Program-made: the position numbers and the translations under genes
Part shown: piece by piece, positions 31,233 through 43,300 of the stretch
Position numbering within the stretch: the stretch's first letter is position 1
How the letters are laid out: every line of letters begins with the position of its first letter
The notes under the pieces: model-generated
The model's database searches: none
The model's input: the letters and a program-made list of their open reading frames with translations, nothing else
What the model was told of the DNA's origin: nothing
Origin: an uncultured Hyphomicrobiales bacterium
GTDB taxonomy: Bacteria; Bacteroidota; Ignavibacteria; Kapaibacteriales; UBA2268
Length of the DNA: 64,000 bases
Assembly (NCBI GenBank): GCA_964472015.1
Contig: CAYYIP010000003.1
Location: forward strand, 37,957-101,956
Direction of reading: 5' to 3'

Positions 31233-31606
31233 TAAAACGAAAAACTATTTATTTTTTATTATTAAAAAATATGAATACAAAAATAAGTATTTTTTTTATA
31301 AAAACAAAATTTTTAAATATTTTTGATTATTTAATATCCTTAAATAAAACTATGAAAACAATTTTTTTTTTACTAAATTTGTATATAAAAATAGTTATGA
31401 ATAAAAATATTCAAAATATTTTTAATTAAAAATAGTCGTTTTTTATAAAAATTTTATATAAATTAATTATACTTGTTTGTATTTTTTATATATTTTTTCT
31501 TTTTTGCGGTTTGTGTTTCATTGGTCAAGAACTACTATAAATTATTATTTATATTATAAACTTATGTTATAAATTTTGTATTAAAATAAAACATAGAAAT
31601 TTTTAA

Positions 31607-32170
31607 ATGTTATTATTTAATATTTTTTTCATTGCTATTGCATTAGGTATAGATGCATTTTCTATAGCTGTTGTTGCTGGTGTTTGTTTTTCTTCCATAA
31701 CAATAAAACAACGTTTAAATTTAAGTTTTCATTTTGGTTTTTTTCAATTTGGGATGACTATTATAGGGTATTTTATTGGTAGTTATATAGCATCTTATAT
31801 TGAAGCTATTGATCATTGGGTTATTTTATTGTTATTAGGATTTGTTGGAATTAAATTAATAAAAGATTCTTTAAATAAAAGGGATGAGAAAGAGTTACAA
31901 ATAGATTTTTTTTCCGAAAAAAATTTATTAATGTTGGCTTTTATAACAAGTATAGACGCACTTGCTATAGGTTTAAGTTTTGCTTTAATTGGACAAGACA
32001 TATTGTTTTCTGCAGTTATAATAGGTATAATAGCAATTTTAATGACAATGATAGGTGTTTCTGTTGGTAATATATTTTCTAATATATCAAGTAAAATGCA
32101 AATAATTGCTGGATTAGTTTTGATTTTGATAGGAATTCATATTTTTTTAGAACATAAAGGTATTCTTTAA
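31607..32170 (+). CDS. mntP: manganese efflux pump MntP
   Basis: N-terminus LALGIDAFSIAVVAG and an internal duplicated DUF204 half (SIDALAIGLSFAL); ~187 aa, 6 TM. Confidence 0.8.
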   Translation: MLLFNIFFIAIALGIDAFSIAVVAGVCFSSITIKQRLNLSFHFGFFQFGMTIIGYFIGSYIASYIEAIDHWVILLLLGFVGIKLIKDSLNKRDEKELQIDFFSEKNLLMLAFITSIDALAIGLSFALIGQDILFSAVIIGIIAILMTMIGVSVGNIFSNISSKMQIIAGLVLILIGIHIFLEHKGIL

Positions 32171-32173
32171 ATT

Positions 32174-32533
32174 ATGATTAATTTTAAAAAAAAGAAAAAA
32201 AACAATAATATATCAGTAACTGATATATTATATTTAGTACCTATAAAAAACAAGGATTTTAAATATCGTGAAGATGGATTTATAGATATAATAGTACCTC
32301 GTTTTAGAATTGAATTTTTACAAAAAATGATTCCAGAAACACGTAAGTATATGTATGCTAATCTAGATGAACTAGGTTCTGCAACGTGGGAGTTAATTGA
32401 TGGAGAACGTAATGTAGAGATGATTTCTCAAGAGTTAGAAAAAAAATTTCAAAATAAAATAAGTCCTGTTTTAAAAAGACTTACTTTATTTTTGAGACAG
32501 TTATATATTAACAATTTTATAAGATTCAGATAA
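32174..32533 (+). CDS. PqqD-family (RRE-like) small protein
   Basis: LDELGSATWELIDGERNVEMISQELEKKF fits the PqqD pattern (L.e.a..iWelldG.rtveeI...L...y). It starts 4 nt after the mntP stop. Confidence 0.45.
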   Translation: MINFKKKKKNNNISVTDILYLVPIKNKDFKYREDGFIDIIVPRFRIEFLQKMIPETRKYMYANLDELGSATWELIDGERNVEMISQELEKKFQNKISPVLKRLTLFLRQLYINNFIRFR

Positions 32534-32659
32534 AATTAATTATATTTATTTATGTATTTATAAAATATAGTTATAAGTATTTCGTTATATTATATTATAA
32601 TTTAATATTTTTTATTTAAAATTAAATTTTTATTGATAATTAAAAACAAGGAGTAAATA

Positions 32660-34120
32660 ATGTCAAATTCTCTTGCTAATTTAGAACCAAAAGAAGTTTT
32701 TTATTATTTTGGTGAGTTATCTAAGTATCCACGTCCTTCAAAAAAGGAAGAAAAAGCTGTTGCTTATATTGAAGCGTTAGCTAAAGAAAATAATTTAGAA
32801 TTAGAAAAAGATAAAAGGGGAAATATAATTGTTCGTAAACCTGCAACTCCAGGTATGGAAAATAAACAATCAGTATGTATACAAGGTCATATTGATATGG
32901 TTTGTGTTGCAAAAGAAGGTTATGAATTTGATTTTGATAATAATGGTATTGAAGTTTATCATGATGGAGATTGGGTAAAAGCTAAAGATACTACATTAGG
33001 AGCTGATGATGGTATTGCTATTGCTATTGGGTTGGCATTATTAACTTCAAAAAATATTCCTCATCCTGCATTAGAATTATTATGTACTTTAGATGAAGAA
33101 ACTGGACTTACAGGTGCAAATCAATTAGCAGATAATTTAATTAAATCTAGATTATTAATTAATATAGATTCTGAAAAAGAAGGTGTTTTTACAATAGGAT
33201 GTGCAGGTGGTATTAATACAGAAGCTCATTATAAATATGAAGCAGATGTAGTTCCTGCTGAACATACTGCTTTTAAGATTTTGGTTGGTGGCTTAAAAGG
33301 TGGACATTCTGGTATTGAAATTAATGATGGACGTGCAAATGCTTTAAAAATTCTTAATCGTATTCTTTGGAATATTACGAAAAATTGTGATGCAAGAATT
33401 TCTACTTTTAATGGTGGTTTGAAACATAATGCCATTCCTAGTGCGGCTTCTTCTATTATAATGGTTCCAAATTCTAAAATTGATTGTTTTAAAGCTTATA
33501 TTAAAGAAATATCAGAAATTGTAAAAAAAGAATTTGTTTCAAAAGAACAAGGGTTGAAAATCGAAATTGTTAATACTGAAATTCCAAAACGTGTAATGAC
33601 AAAAGAATTTCAAAATAGATTAATTTTATCTTTTTATACAGTATCTCATGGTGTACTTCGTATGAGCCCAGATATTCAATGTCTTGTTCAAAGTTCTACT
33701 AATTTTGCTATTGTTGAAACTCGTGAAGATGAAATTTTTGTTTTAACTAGTCAACGTAGTGCTGTTGATACAGAAAAGATTAACATTGCTGATAAAGTAT
33801 GTGCCGCTTTTAAATTAGGTGGAGCTACTGTCAATAGTAATGATGGATATCCAGCTTGGGAGCCTAATGTTAATTCGAAATTAGTAGAATTAGCAAAAAA
33901 TGTATACAAAAATAAATTTGGTAAAGAACCTATTATTGAAGTTATTCATGCAGGACTTGAATGTGGTTTAATTGGTGATAAATATCCTGGAATTGATATG
34001 CTTTCTATTGGTCCAAATTTATATGATGTACATTCACCTGATGAAAGATTGCAAATTTCATCAACTAAACGTATATGGGACTTTTTATTAGAATTGTTAA
34101 AAAATATTCCTAACAAATAA
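32660..34120 (+). CDS. pepD: aminoacyl-histidine (Xaa-His) dipeptidase PepD, M20 family
   Basis: GHIDMV and TLGADDGIAIAIGLALL metal-binding motifs; ~486 aa matches PepD. Confidence 0.85.
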   Translation: MSNSLANLEPKEVFYYFGELSKYPRPSKKEEKAVAYIEALAKENNLELEKDKRGNIIVRKPATPGMENKQSVCIQGHIDMVCVAKEGYEFDFDNNGIEVYHDGDWVKAKDTTLGADDGIAIAIGLALLTSKNIPHPALELLCTLDEETGLTGANQLADNLIKSRLLINIDSEKEGVFTIGCAGGINTEAHYKYEADVVPAEHTAFKILVGGLKGGHSGIEINDGRANALKILNRILWNITKNCDARISTFNGGLKHNAIPSAASSIIMVPNSKIDCFKAYIKEISEIVKKEFVSKEQGLKIEIVNTEIPKRVMTKEFQNRLILSFYTVSHGVLRMSPDIQCLVQSSTNFAIVETREDEIFVLTSQRSAVDTEKINIADKVCAAFKLGGATVNSNDGYPAWEPNVNSKLVELAKNVYKNKFGKEPIIEVIHAGLECGLIGDKYPGIDMLSIGPNLYDVHSPDERLQISSTKRIWDFLLELLKNIPNK

Positions 34121-34157
34121 AATTTCCATTTTTTAATTTTTAAAATATATTTAATTT

Positions 34158-34190
34158 ATATACCGGTGCTATTTATTTAGCACCGGTATA
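34158..34190 (+). terminator. stem-loop downstream of pepD (ataccggtgc-10 nt-gcaccggtat), no strong T-tract
   Basis: Perfect 10-bp inverted repeat at 34160-69 / 34180-89. It lacks a U-run, so it may be a processing or stability hairpin rather than an intrinsic terminator. Confidence 0.4.
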
Positions 34191-34251
34191 GTTCATATAT
34201 ATATTATTATTTTTTATAAAATTACTTAATTATATAACTTTACTAAATTTA

Positions 34252-35091
34252 ATGTCTTTAAAAAAACAAATAGAAGATTATTTAAAATCAATTGTCGATT
34301 TTAACGAAGATATTTTATTTTTTGATGAAATGCCTAATACTAATATTGAAAATTTAGAAATAGAAAATTATAATAAACAATCTATTAATATACATTCTGT
34401 TGATAATAATTTAAATAGTGATATAGAAAAGATAAAAGAAAATAATAATAATATTCAAATAAAACAACAGTATATCGATGATAAAAAAAATGAATTGGAA
34501 AAAAGAATTTATAGAAGTAGTATTGAGGTAAAACAAGCAAAAAGTCTGGATGAATTAAATAAATTAATTGCTAATTGTAATAGTTGTTCTTTAAGTAATA
34601 CAAGAACAAATTTAGTTTTTGGGAAAGGTAATCCTAATGCAAAATTAATGGTTATTGGCGAAGCACCTGGTACAGATGAGGATTTGCAAGGTGAACCTTT
34701 TGTTGGAAGAGCAGGACAATTATTAACTAAAATTTTGCTTGCTATAAAGTTAACTAGAGACGAAGTTTATATAGCGAATATTTGTAAATGTAGACCTCCG
34801 CTTAATAGACGTCCTACTATTGAAGAAGTTTTTGCTTGTGAATGTTATTTACAAAAACAAATAGAGTTAATTTCTCCTAAGTTTATTTTAGCACTAGGAT
34901 TAACAGCAGCTGATACTTTATTTAAGAAGACAAATAAAATGTCAGAAGTAAGAGGGAAATTTTTTGATTATAATGGAATAAGAACTATGATTACTTATCA
35001 TCCTGCTGCTCTTTTGCGCAATCCTACGTGGAAAAAATTTGTTTGGGATGATGTGCAATTATTACGTAAATATTATGATGAAGAAAATTAA
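34252..35091 (+). CDS. uracil-DNA glycosylase family 4 with N-rich N-terminal extension
   Basis: GEAPGTDEDLQGEPFVGRAGQLL (family-4 UDG motif A), a Cys cluster (CNSC...C) for the 4Fe-4S cluster, and HPAALLRNP near the C-terminus. Confidence 0.75.
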   Translation: MSLKKQIEDYLKSIVDFNEDILFFDEMPNTNIENLEIENYNKQSINIHSVDNNLNSDIEKIKENNNNIQIKQQYIDDKKNELEKRIYRSSIEVKQAKSLDELNKLIANCNSCSLSNTRTNLVFGKGNPNAKLMVIGEAPGTDEDLQGEPFVGRAGQLLTKILLAIKLTRDEVYIANICKCRPPLNRRPTIEEVFACECYLQKQIELISPKFILALGLTAADTLFKKTNKMSEVRGKFFDYNGIRTMITYHPAALLRNPTWKKFVWDDVQLLRKYYDEEN

Positions 35092-35147
35092 GAAATAAAA
35101 TATTTTTTATAATATTTTTTATTTTATTATATAATATAATATAATAT

Positions 35148-36635
35148 ATGTCTAGTGATTCAAATACTAATGTAGAAAAATCAAAAAATCAAATAGAAAA
35201 TTTCATTGATAATAATGAATATAAATATGGTTTTGTTTCTGATATTGAACAAGAATTTGCTCCAATTGGATTAAATGAAGATATAATTCGTTTTATTTCA
35301 GAGAAAAAAAAAGAACCTGAGTTTATGTTAAAATGGAGATTGAAGGCTTATAAAAAATGGCTTACAATGCGTGAACCTAAATGGGCTAAGATTCAATATC
35401 CGCCAATTGATTATCAAAATATATATTATTATGCTGCACCGAAAGATTTTAATAATAATGGGAATAAAAATATAAGTAAAGAAATAAAGACTACTTATGA
35501 TAAGTTAGGTGTTTCTTTACAAGAAGATACTAATGAAAAAAGTTGTGGTACTAAATCTTGTGTTGCTGTTGATGCAGTATTAGATAGTGTTTCTGTTGCA
35601 ACAACATTTAAAGAAACTTTAAAAAATGTTGGTATTATATTTTGTCCATTTAGTGAGGCTGTTATTAAATATCCAGAATTAATAGAAAGGTATTTAGGTA
35701 GTGTTGTACCATATAATGATAATTTTTTCTCTGCATTAAATTCTGCTGTTTTTAGTGATGGTTCATTTATTTATATACCGAAAGGAGTTAGAGCTCCAAT
35801 GGAACTATCTACATATTTCCGCATTAATGCAGCTTTAATTGGACAATTTGAACGTACTTTAATAATAGCCGATGAAGATAGCTTTGTTAGTTATCTTGAA
35901 GGATGTACTGCGCCAATGAGGGATGAAAATCAACTTCATGCAGCAGTAGTTGAACTTTATGCTCATAAAAATGCAGAAATAAAATATTCAACTGTTCAGA
36001 ATTGGTATCCAGGCGATGTAAGTGGACGAGGTGGTATATATAATTTTGTTACAAAACGTGGATTATGTGCTGGAGATCACTCTAAGATATCTTGGACACA
36101 AGTAGAAAGTGGTTCTGCTATTACTTGGAAATATCCGTCTTGTATTTTAAAAGGAAATTATTCAGCAGGAGAATTTTATTCTGTTGCTATTACTAATAAT
36201 TATCAGCAAGCAGATACTGGTACAAAAATTTTTCATATAGGTTCTAATACTCGTAGTAGAATTATTTCAAAAGGAATTAGTGCTGGGAAAAGTACTAATA
36301 CATTTAGATCTATTGTTGCACAAGCAAAAACAGCTAATAAAGCAAGAAATTTTTCTCAATGTGATTCCTTATTAATAGGTTCTGAATGTGCAGCTCATAC
36401 TTTTCCTTCAATTAATGTCAATAATGCTAGTAGTATTGTTGAACATGAAGCAACTACTTCTAAAGTTTCAGATGATGTAATATTTTATTTAAATCAGCGA
36501 GGTATTTCTAAAGAAGAAGCTATTTCTTTAATTATTTATGGATATGCAAAGGAAGTATTACAGAATTTACCTATGGAATTTGCAGTTGAAGCAAAAAGAT
36601 TATTGTCTATGAGTTTAGAAGGTAGTATTGGCTAA
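35148..36635 (+). CDS. sufB: Fe-S cluster assembly protein SufB
   Basis: Length ~495 aa and conserved C-terminal half ([19 protein letters not shown]...[17 protein letters not shown]). Confidence 0.9.
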   Translation: MSSDSNTNVEKSKNQIENFIDNNEYKYGFVSDIEQEFAPIGLNEDIIRFISEKKKEPEFMLKWRLKAYKKWLTMREPKWAKIQYPPIDYQNIYYYAAPKDFNNNGNKNISKEIKTTYDKLGVSLQEDTNEKSCGTKSCVAVDAVLDSVSVATTFKETLKNVGIIFCPFSEAVIKYPELIERYLGSVVPYNDNFFSALNSAVFSDGSFIYIPKGVRAPMELSTYFRINAALIGQFERTLIIADEDSFVSYLEGCTAPMRDENQLHAAVVELYAHKNAEIKYSTVQNWYPGDVSGRGGIYNFVTKRGLCAGDHSKISWTQVESGSAITWKYPSCILKGNYSAGEFYSVAITNNYQQADTGTKIFHIGSNTRSRIISKGISAGKSTNTFRSIVAQAKTANKARNFSQCDSLLIGSECAAHTFPSINVNNASSIVEHEATTSKVSDDVIFYLNQRGISKEEAISLIIYGYAKEVLQNLPMEFAVEAKRLLSMSLEGSIG

Positions 36636-36721
36636 AAAAGATAAAATATAAATATAAAAGATATAAATATTAAATTTATTAATATATTGTATATAAATTA
36701 AAAGAGTATATAAATTAAAAA

Positions 36722-37477
36722 ATGAAACAAAATATTATAAGTATAAAAAATTTAAAAGCAAAAATTAATAATGTAGAAATTTTACATGGAATAAATTTGG
36801 AGATAAATAAAGGAGAAATCCATGCTATAATGGGTCCTAATGGTTCTGGTAAAAGTACATTAGCTTCTGTTCTTACTGGTAAGCCAGGATATGAAGTTAC
36901 AGAAGGTTCTGTAACTTTTTGTGGTGAAAATCTATTAGAAATGCCAGTTGATGTAAGAGCAAAAAAAGGATTATTTCTTGCTTTTCAATATCCAATGGAA
37001 ATTTCTGGAGTTTCTAATTTAAATTTTATAAAATCTGCATTAAATGAAATACGCAAATTTAGGCAACAAGATCCAATTGATGCTTTTGAATTTAGAGAAT
37101 TAATAAAAAATAAAGCTGAAATTGTAAAAATAGAACAAAATTTTTTAGAACGTTCTGTTAATTATGGATTTTCTGGCGGTGAGAAAAAACGTAATGAAAT
37201 TTTTCAAATGGCTGTTTTAGAACCAATACTTTCTATTCTTGATGAAACAGATTCGGGGTTAGATATTGATGCTTTAAGAATTGTATCAGAAGGAGTAAAT
37301 AAATTGAAAAATGAAAATAATGCATATATTGTAATAACCCATTATCAAAGATTATTACAATATATTGTGCCAGATTTTGTACATATACTTTATAAAGGAC
37401 GTATTATAAAATCTGGAGATAAAGATCTTGCTCTTGAATTAGAAGAACGTGGTTATGAAGGAATGGGAATTTTATAA
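36722..37477 (+). CDS. sufC: Fe-S cluster assembly ATPase SufC
   Basis: Walker A GPNGSGKST, ABC signature FSGGEKKR, Walker B ILDETDSGLD. Confidence 0.9.
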   Translation: MKQNIISIKNLKAKINNVEILHGINLEINKGEIHAIMGPNGSGKSTLASVLTGKPGYEVTEGSVTFCGENLLEMPVDVRAKKGLFLAFQYPMEISGVSNLNFIKSALNEIRKFRQQDPIDAFEFRELIKNKAEIVKIEQNFLERSVNYGFSGGEKKRNEIFQMAVLEPILSILDETDSGLDIDALRIVSEGVNKLKNENNAYIVITHYQRLLQYIVPDFVHILYKGRIIKSGDKDLALELEERGYEGMGIL

Positions 37478-37490
37478 TTTTTGAAATTTT

Positions 37491-38666
37491 ATGTTAGATG
37501 AAATAATATTGGATAATAAAACAATAATTGGAATTATGACCGGAACTTCTATTGATAATATAGATATAGTAGCTGTAAAATTTCAAATAACAAATAATAA
37601 TAAGTATAAATTTGAGTTATTAGCAAGCGGTTCATATCCTTTTTCAAAAGATATTGAGTTAGAAATAAAGAATGTTATAAAGGAAAAAGTAAATATTAGT
37701 ACTATATCACAACTTAATTTTGTACTTTCCTATGTCTTTGTTGATACTATAAAAAATTTCATATTAAAAAATAATATTGATTTTAAAATAATTGATGCTA
37801 TTTCTATTCATGGTCAAACAGTTTGGCATAATCCTTTTCCATCTAATTTTGCAGGTAATATGATTGCATCAACATTACAATTAACAAATGGATCAGTTAT
37901 TTCATCTTTATTAAATAAAACAGTTATTTCTGATTTTCGTTCAGCAGATATTGCAGCTGGCGGACAAGGTGCACCGCTTGTTCCTATTTTTGATTATTAT
38001 TTTTTAGTTCATAATAATTCTAATGTAATAGCTTTAAATATAGGTGGAATGGCAAATATTACTTTTATTCCTGTTAAGGCAAATATTGATGATATTGTTG
38101 CTTTTGATACAGGATGTGGCAACATTTTGATTGATGAATATTGTCAAAAATATTTAAATATTCCTTTTGATAAAGATGGTAATATTGCGAGAGTAGGATC
38201 TATAAATGAAAAATTATTAAATGAATTATTAAACTTAGAATATTTTAAGCTTATTCCTCCTAAATCTTGTGGCAGAGAGATATTTCATTTAAAGTTTGTA
38301 GAAAATATTTTAAGAAAATTAAATTTAGATATATCTAATAATGATATTTTGAGGACTTTAACAGAATTAAGTGCTATAACTATTGTTGATTCAATAAAAT
38401 ATTGTTGTAATAATGCAGTTGTTGTTGTTAAAGGTGGGGGAAAAAATAATTCTTTTTTAATGGAATTAATAAAAAATAAAGCAAGTAATAGATTTTCATT
38501 TATATTGTCTGATTCTTTTGGTATTTCAAGTACTTATTATGAATCTATTGCTTTTGCTTTTCTTGGTTTTTTGTCATTAAAAAATAAATTTGGGAATGTA
38601 CCGAGAGTAACTGGAGCAAATAAAAAAGTAATTCTTGGGACTATTTCAAAAAATTTTTCTAAATAA
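37491..38666 (+). CDS. anmK: anhydro-N-acetylmuramic acid kinase
   Basis: IGIMTGTSIDNIDIV N-terminal motif of AnmK (GxMSGTSxDGxD); ~390 aa. Confidence 0.8.
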   Translation: MLDEIILDNKTIIGIMTGTSIDNIDIVAVKFQITNNNKYKFELLASGSYPFSKDIELEIKNVIKEKVNISTISQLNFVLSYVFVDTIKNFILKNNIDFKIIDAISIHGQTVWHNPFPSNFAGNMIASTLQLTNGSVISSLLNKTVISDFRSADIAAGGQGAPLVPIFDYYFLVHNNSNVIALNIGGMANITFIPVKANIDDIVAFDTGCGNILIDEYCQKYLNIPFDKDGNIARVGSINEKLLNELLNLEYFKLIPPKSCGREIFHLKFVENILRKLNLDISNNDILRTLTELSAITIVDSIKYCCNNAVVVVKGGGKNNSFLMELIKNKASNRFSFILSDSFGISSTYYESIAFAFLGFLSLKNKFGNVPRVTGANKKVILGTISKNFSK

Positions 38667-38709
38667 TAATTTTTTTTGTATTCTATAATTTAATATAAAA
38701 AGTAAAAAT

Positions 38710-40041
38710 ATGGCTTATAATATAGGTATCATAGGTACAGGCTATGTCGGACTTGTGACAGGTAATTGTTTTGCTTCAACAGGAAATATAGTTTATTGTG
38801 TTGATATTGATGAAGACAAAGTAGAAAAATTAAAGAAATCTATATGTCCAATATATGAACCAGGGCTTGATAAGTTACTGGAAGATAATAATAAAAATGA
38901 ACATATAATTTTTACGACGGATGTTAAAAAATGTGTGGATAATTGTAATATAATATTTTTATGTTTACCAACACCTCCGAGTGAAGATGGTTCTGCAGAT
39001 TTAAATCATGTACTTAATATGGCAGATCAATTAGGTAAGATTATTTCAAAATCTAATAATAAGGAAAAAAGAATTATAATTAATAAAAGTACTGTTCCAG
39101 TAGGTACTGCCGAAAAGGTTCATAATATATTATTAAATCATTTAGATGATAAAGATTTTGTTGTAGTAAGTAATCCTGAATTTTTAAGTGAAGGTTCTGC
39201 GGTTGAAGAAGCTATGAAACCTAATAGAGTTGTTATTGGTACAACAGATGAATGGGCTATAAATATACTTTATAATTTATATGCACCTTTTGTACGTTCA
39301 GGAAATCCTATTATTGTAATGGATGTAAGAAGTGCAGAGATTACAAAATATGCTGCTAATTCTTTTCTTGCTACAAGAATTTCATTTATGAATGAATTAG
39401 CTGAATATTGTGAAGCAGTAGGTGCTGATATTGATAAAATTAGATATGGAATAGGGACAGATGATAGAATTGGGAAAAAATTTTTATATGCGGGTATTGG
39501 GTATGGTGGTTCTTGTTTCCCAAAAGATGTACGTGCTTTAATTTATGCAGCTGATACAGTAAATACACCGCTTACTATTGTTAAAACTGTTCAAGAAGTA
39601 AATAATAAACAAATAGATAGGTTTAATAAACGTATAGAAAAATATTTTAACAATGATTTAAAATATAAAAAAATTGCTATTTGGGGACTTTCTTTTAAAC
39701 CTAATACAGATGATGTAAGAGAAGCACCTGCATATAAACTTATTGATTTTTTACTTGCACGAGATGCTAAAATTTCTGTCTTTGATCCAGAAGCAATGGG
39801 TAATACAAAAAAGATTTATAATAATAAAGTGGAATTTGTAAAAAAAATGTATGATGCACTTATTGAAGCTGATGCACTTGTAATATGTACAGAATGGAAT
39901 ATATTTAGGAATCCTGATTTTAACTTAGTTAAATCAAAATTAAAAAATAATGTAATTTTTGATGGACGTAATTTATTTGCAGTAGAAGATATGAAAAAAT
40001 TAGGATTTTCTTATTATAGCATAGGAAGACCAGAAGTTTAA
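38710..40041 (+). CDS. ugd: UDP-glucose 6-dehydrogenase
   Basis: IGIIGTGYVGLVTG Rossmann motif, catalytic GYGGSCFPKD signature; ~443 aa. Confidence 0.85.
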   Translation: MAYNIGIIGTGYVGLVTGNCFASTGNIVYCVDIDEDKVEKLKKSICPIYEPGLDKLLEDNNKNEHIIFTTDVKKCVDNCNIIFLCLPTPPSEDGSADLNHVLNMADQLGKIISKSNNKEKRIIINKSTVPVGTAEKVHNILLNHLDDKDFVVVSNPEFLSEGSAVEEAMKPNRVVIGTTDEWAINILYNLYAPFVRSGNPIIVMDVRSAEITKYAANSFLATRISFMNELAEYCEAVGADIDKIRYGIGTDDRIGKKFLYAGIGYGGSCFPKDVRALIYAADTVNTPLTIVKTVQEVNNKQIDRFNKRIEKYFNNDLKYKKIAIWGLSFKPNTDDVREAPAYKLIDFLLARDAKISVFDPEAMGNTKKIYNNKVEFVKKMYDALIEADALVICTEWNIFRNPDFNLVKSKLKNNVIFDGRNLFAVEDMKKLGFSYYSIGRPEV

Positions 40042-40069
40042 TTATAACATGTATTTATTTACATAATAA

Positions 40070-40106
40070 ATATAGACAATTATAAATGTATTTGTCTCTA
40101 TTTTTG
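40070..40106 (+). terminator. probable intrinsic terminator after ugd (agacaa-loop-ttgtct followed by a T-run)
   Basis: Imperfect stem, AT-rich, followed by ctatttttg. Weak. Confidence 0.35.
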
Positions 40107-40329
40107 TTATTATTCAATTTATTATTAAGTTATATGGTATGATTTTTGATATAAAGTAATGTAATAGTTAATAATATAAAAAATTAATAACAGTTAATAA
40201 CAATATATAAGATTTTTTATATTTATTATTAAAATAAGTATAAAATAATTAAAAATATTTTAAATTGAAAAATTATTTTTTATAACTATATATTTATATA
40301 TATAGTTATAAAAGCAAAATAAATTTTAT

Positions 40330-43300
40330 ATGAATAATGAAGTTAGTAAAAAAGATATTAAAGATAAAGTAGGAAGTAAACAAAAACAAAGTTTATTAAG
40401 GAATATTTTTAATTTTATGGTTAAAAGTATTTTAATTATATGTATGTTTTTAATATTGTTTATTGTTATTATTTCCTATTCTTCCAGTGTAAGACATTAT
40501 TTTTTAAATAAAATAACTGATGTTGTAAATGAATTTTTAATTGCAGATGTTGAAATAAGCGATATTCATATAATTAAATTTAATGGTATAGCTTTGCAGC
40601 ATGTTAGAGTTATAACTGCAGGTGATACATTAGCTTATATCCCTGAGATAGAAATCAATATAAATTTTGAAAAAATATTTTTAGGTATTATAGATGTAAA
40701 TTTTATACAATTACAAGCCCCCCGTATTAAGTTACTTAGATCCTTTCAAGATAGTGTCTGGAATTATAATAAAATCATAAATCCAAGTAAGAATATTGAG
40801 GAAACTACTTCGCCATCTAAATTGAAAATTAATATAGGTGAGTTAATTTTAAATAATGCCTATTTTGTAATGTGGGATTCTACAGCTGAATATAAAAGTG
40901 CAGGACATATTCATTATGACAAACTTGCTTTAAAAGAACTAAATTTATATGCTAAAAATATCAGTGTTAATCTTGAAAATATGAATATAGAAGCTAATAT
41001 TGTTAATTTAGCTGCATATGAAATTCCATCTAATTTTAGAATTCATAAATTTTCCGGCAAAGCAAAAATTGATAATAATTCTATTGAATTAAAGAGTACG
41101 AAAATTGTTTTAGATAATGCTAATTTTGATTTTGATGCAAGAATGTCTAATTTTTCTATTTTTGGTAATGGAAATAGAAATATAGCAAAAGTAGATATGT
41201 TCTTAGAATTAACTGGAAATGATATTGATTTAATTTTTATTGATAATTTTGTTATTATTCCTGTAAGATTAGGTTTTGTAAAAAATATAGAGATTTTAGC
41301 TAGCGGTACTTTGATGGATTTAAATGTACAAAAACTTATCTTAAATACGAATGATTCACATATTTATTTAACAGAATGTAGATTAACTAACTTATTAAAT
41401 ACAGATAGTTTTTCGTATAAAGGGATATTAGATTGCACTAATATATCAAGAATGGATATTTCTGATATGTTAAAAAATATTGATTTAAGTGCAGTTCCTA
41501 ATTTTAAGAAAGTATTAATTAATAATACAAAATTTTATGGGACTAAAGATTCTGTATATGCAGATTTAGATTTTAAAACATTCATAGGAAATGTTAAGGG
41601 TAATGTTGGTATAGGATTTGGAAGACAGCCGTTTTCTTATGATATAAATTTAGATTTAAGAAAAATTAATTTATCTGATATATTGAATAATAAAAAATTT
41701 AGTTCAAATATTAATGCAAATTTTTATTTAAAAGGGTATGGAATAAATTCTGGTAATATATTTGCGAATGCAAAAATAGAATTGAAACGTTCTGATTTTT
41801 TAGGTTTTAATTTTCTTGAATCAAATATATTGATTGATGCAATAGGTGATAGTTTAATAATTCATGATTTTTCACTTCAAAAATTAAATATTCCTAATAC
41901 TAATATCCAAATAGATAACTCAAAATTTGGTGGGACAGAAGTTATTTATAGAAATTTAATTAATAATCAAGAATTAAATTATGATAGTAAGATATCTATT
42001 AATGGAGGAATTAATTTTAAATCTTTTGATATGTTGCATCTAATTTTGAATATAGATTTAGAACATATAGAATTATTAGATATAATACATAAAGTTACAG
42101 ATGTTGAATATAAAAATTTACCTACTGTTATTGATAGTAAAATAAAATTAGATATAACAAGTTTTGATATTGATAATATGATTGGTAATTTTGATATAGA
42201 TTTTCAACGTCTTGAATTTAGAAATAAAAATATGTTACCACTTACAATTAGTGGAGCGATTGACATGCAAGATACTTTAAATCATAAAATAGAATTAAAT
42301 ATAGATAATATTTTTAATAATATTCTTTATTTATCTGTTAATGGTAAGTATTATTTTACAGAATTATTAAATGATATTTCTACTCATTTTAATGGCAATT
42401 ATAATTTTATTTCAAATAAAATTAATAACTTTTTTGAGCAAATAAAAACAGATACTAATACAATAATTGATAATAAAAATATTAAATATATAACATTAAA
42501 TAAAAATAATGCAAATGTAATTTTTCAAGTTAGAGATATAGATTGGCTTAATATATTTATTCCTGAGTTTGAATCTAACTCATCAATAATAGATGTAAAA
42601 TTTAACTTTAATTCAAATTATTTGTATAGTAATTTGAATGTAGATTCTATAAAAATAAAAAACTTAAATATAAAATATAAGAATTTTAATGCAGTTATAG
42701 ATAATATAATTATTAATGGAGAAAATAATATAAATATTTTAGATTCTGTAGCAAATTTAGAAAATTTATATTGTGTTATAAAAGATGGAAGAGGTATAAA
42801 TATTTCGGGGTCGGCACTTGATTCTATTGAGTTAAATGCTAATATTAATAAACAACAGCTAAATATTAATTTTATTGGAACATATAATAATATAATAAAA
42901 TCAAAATTAGTTGGTGAAATTAATTTTAAAGATACTACAAATAGTGAAGTAATTTTTGATACATTAGAAATTAATTTTAATAAACAAAAATGGCATAATA
43001 CAGATAAAATAATTGCTTTTTTATTACCTAATGGTATTGATATATATAATTTTAATATTGAACGCGATAATAAAGAAAAATTATTTCTAAAAGGAATTTT
43101 GAATGGTGATACGATTGATAATGTTTCATTAACATTAAATAATTTTGAATTTAATGACTTACAGTCTATTCTTAATTTAAATAATAAAAATAATTTTGAT
43201 ATATTTGCAAAACTAGATACATTAAAAGTTTTAGTTAATGGTACATTAAATTCTCCTTTAATAGACTTGTCTTTATTTGTAGATGATATAAGATATATTA

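Noticed and set aside
31193-31429. 78-aa ORF on the + strand
   Set aside because: It overlaps the minus-strand tRNA-Asp and has low-complexity AT-rich translation. Spurious.
34158-34190. Perfect 10-bp palindrome after pepD as a transcription-factor operator
   Set aside because: Its position immediately 3' of a stop codon and 60 nt before the next gene fits a terminator or stability hairpin more simply, and there is no second half-site spacing typical of operators.
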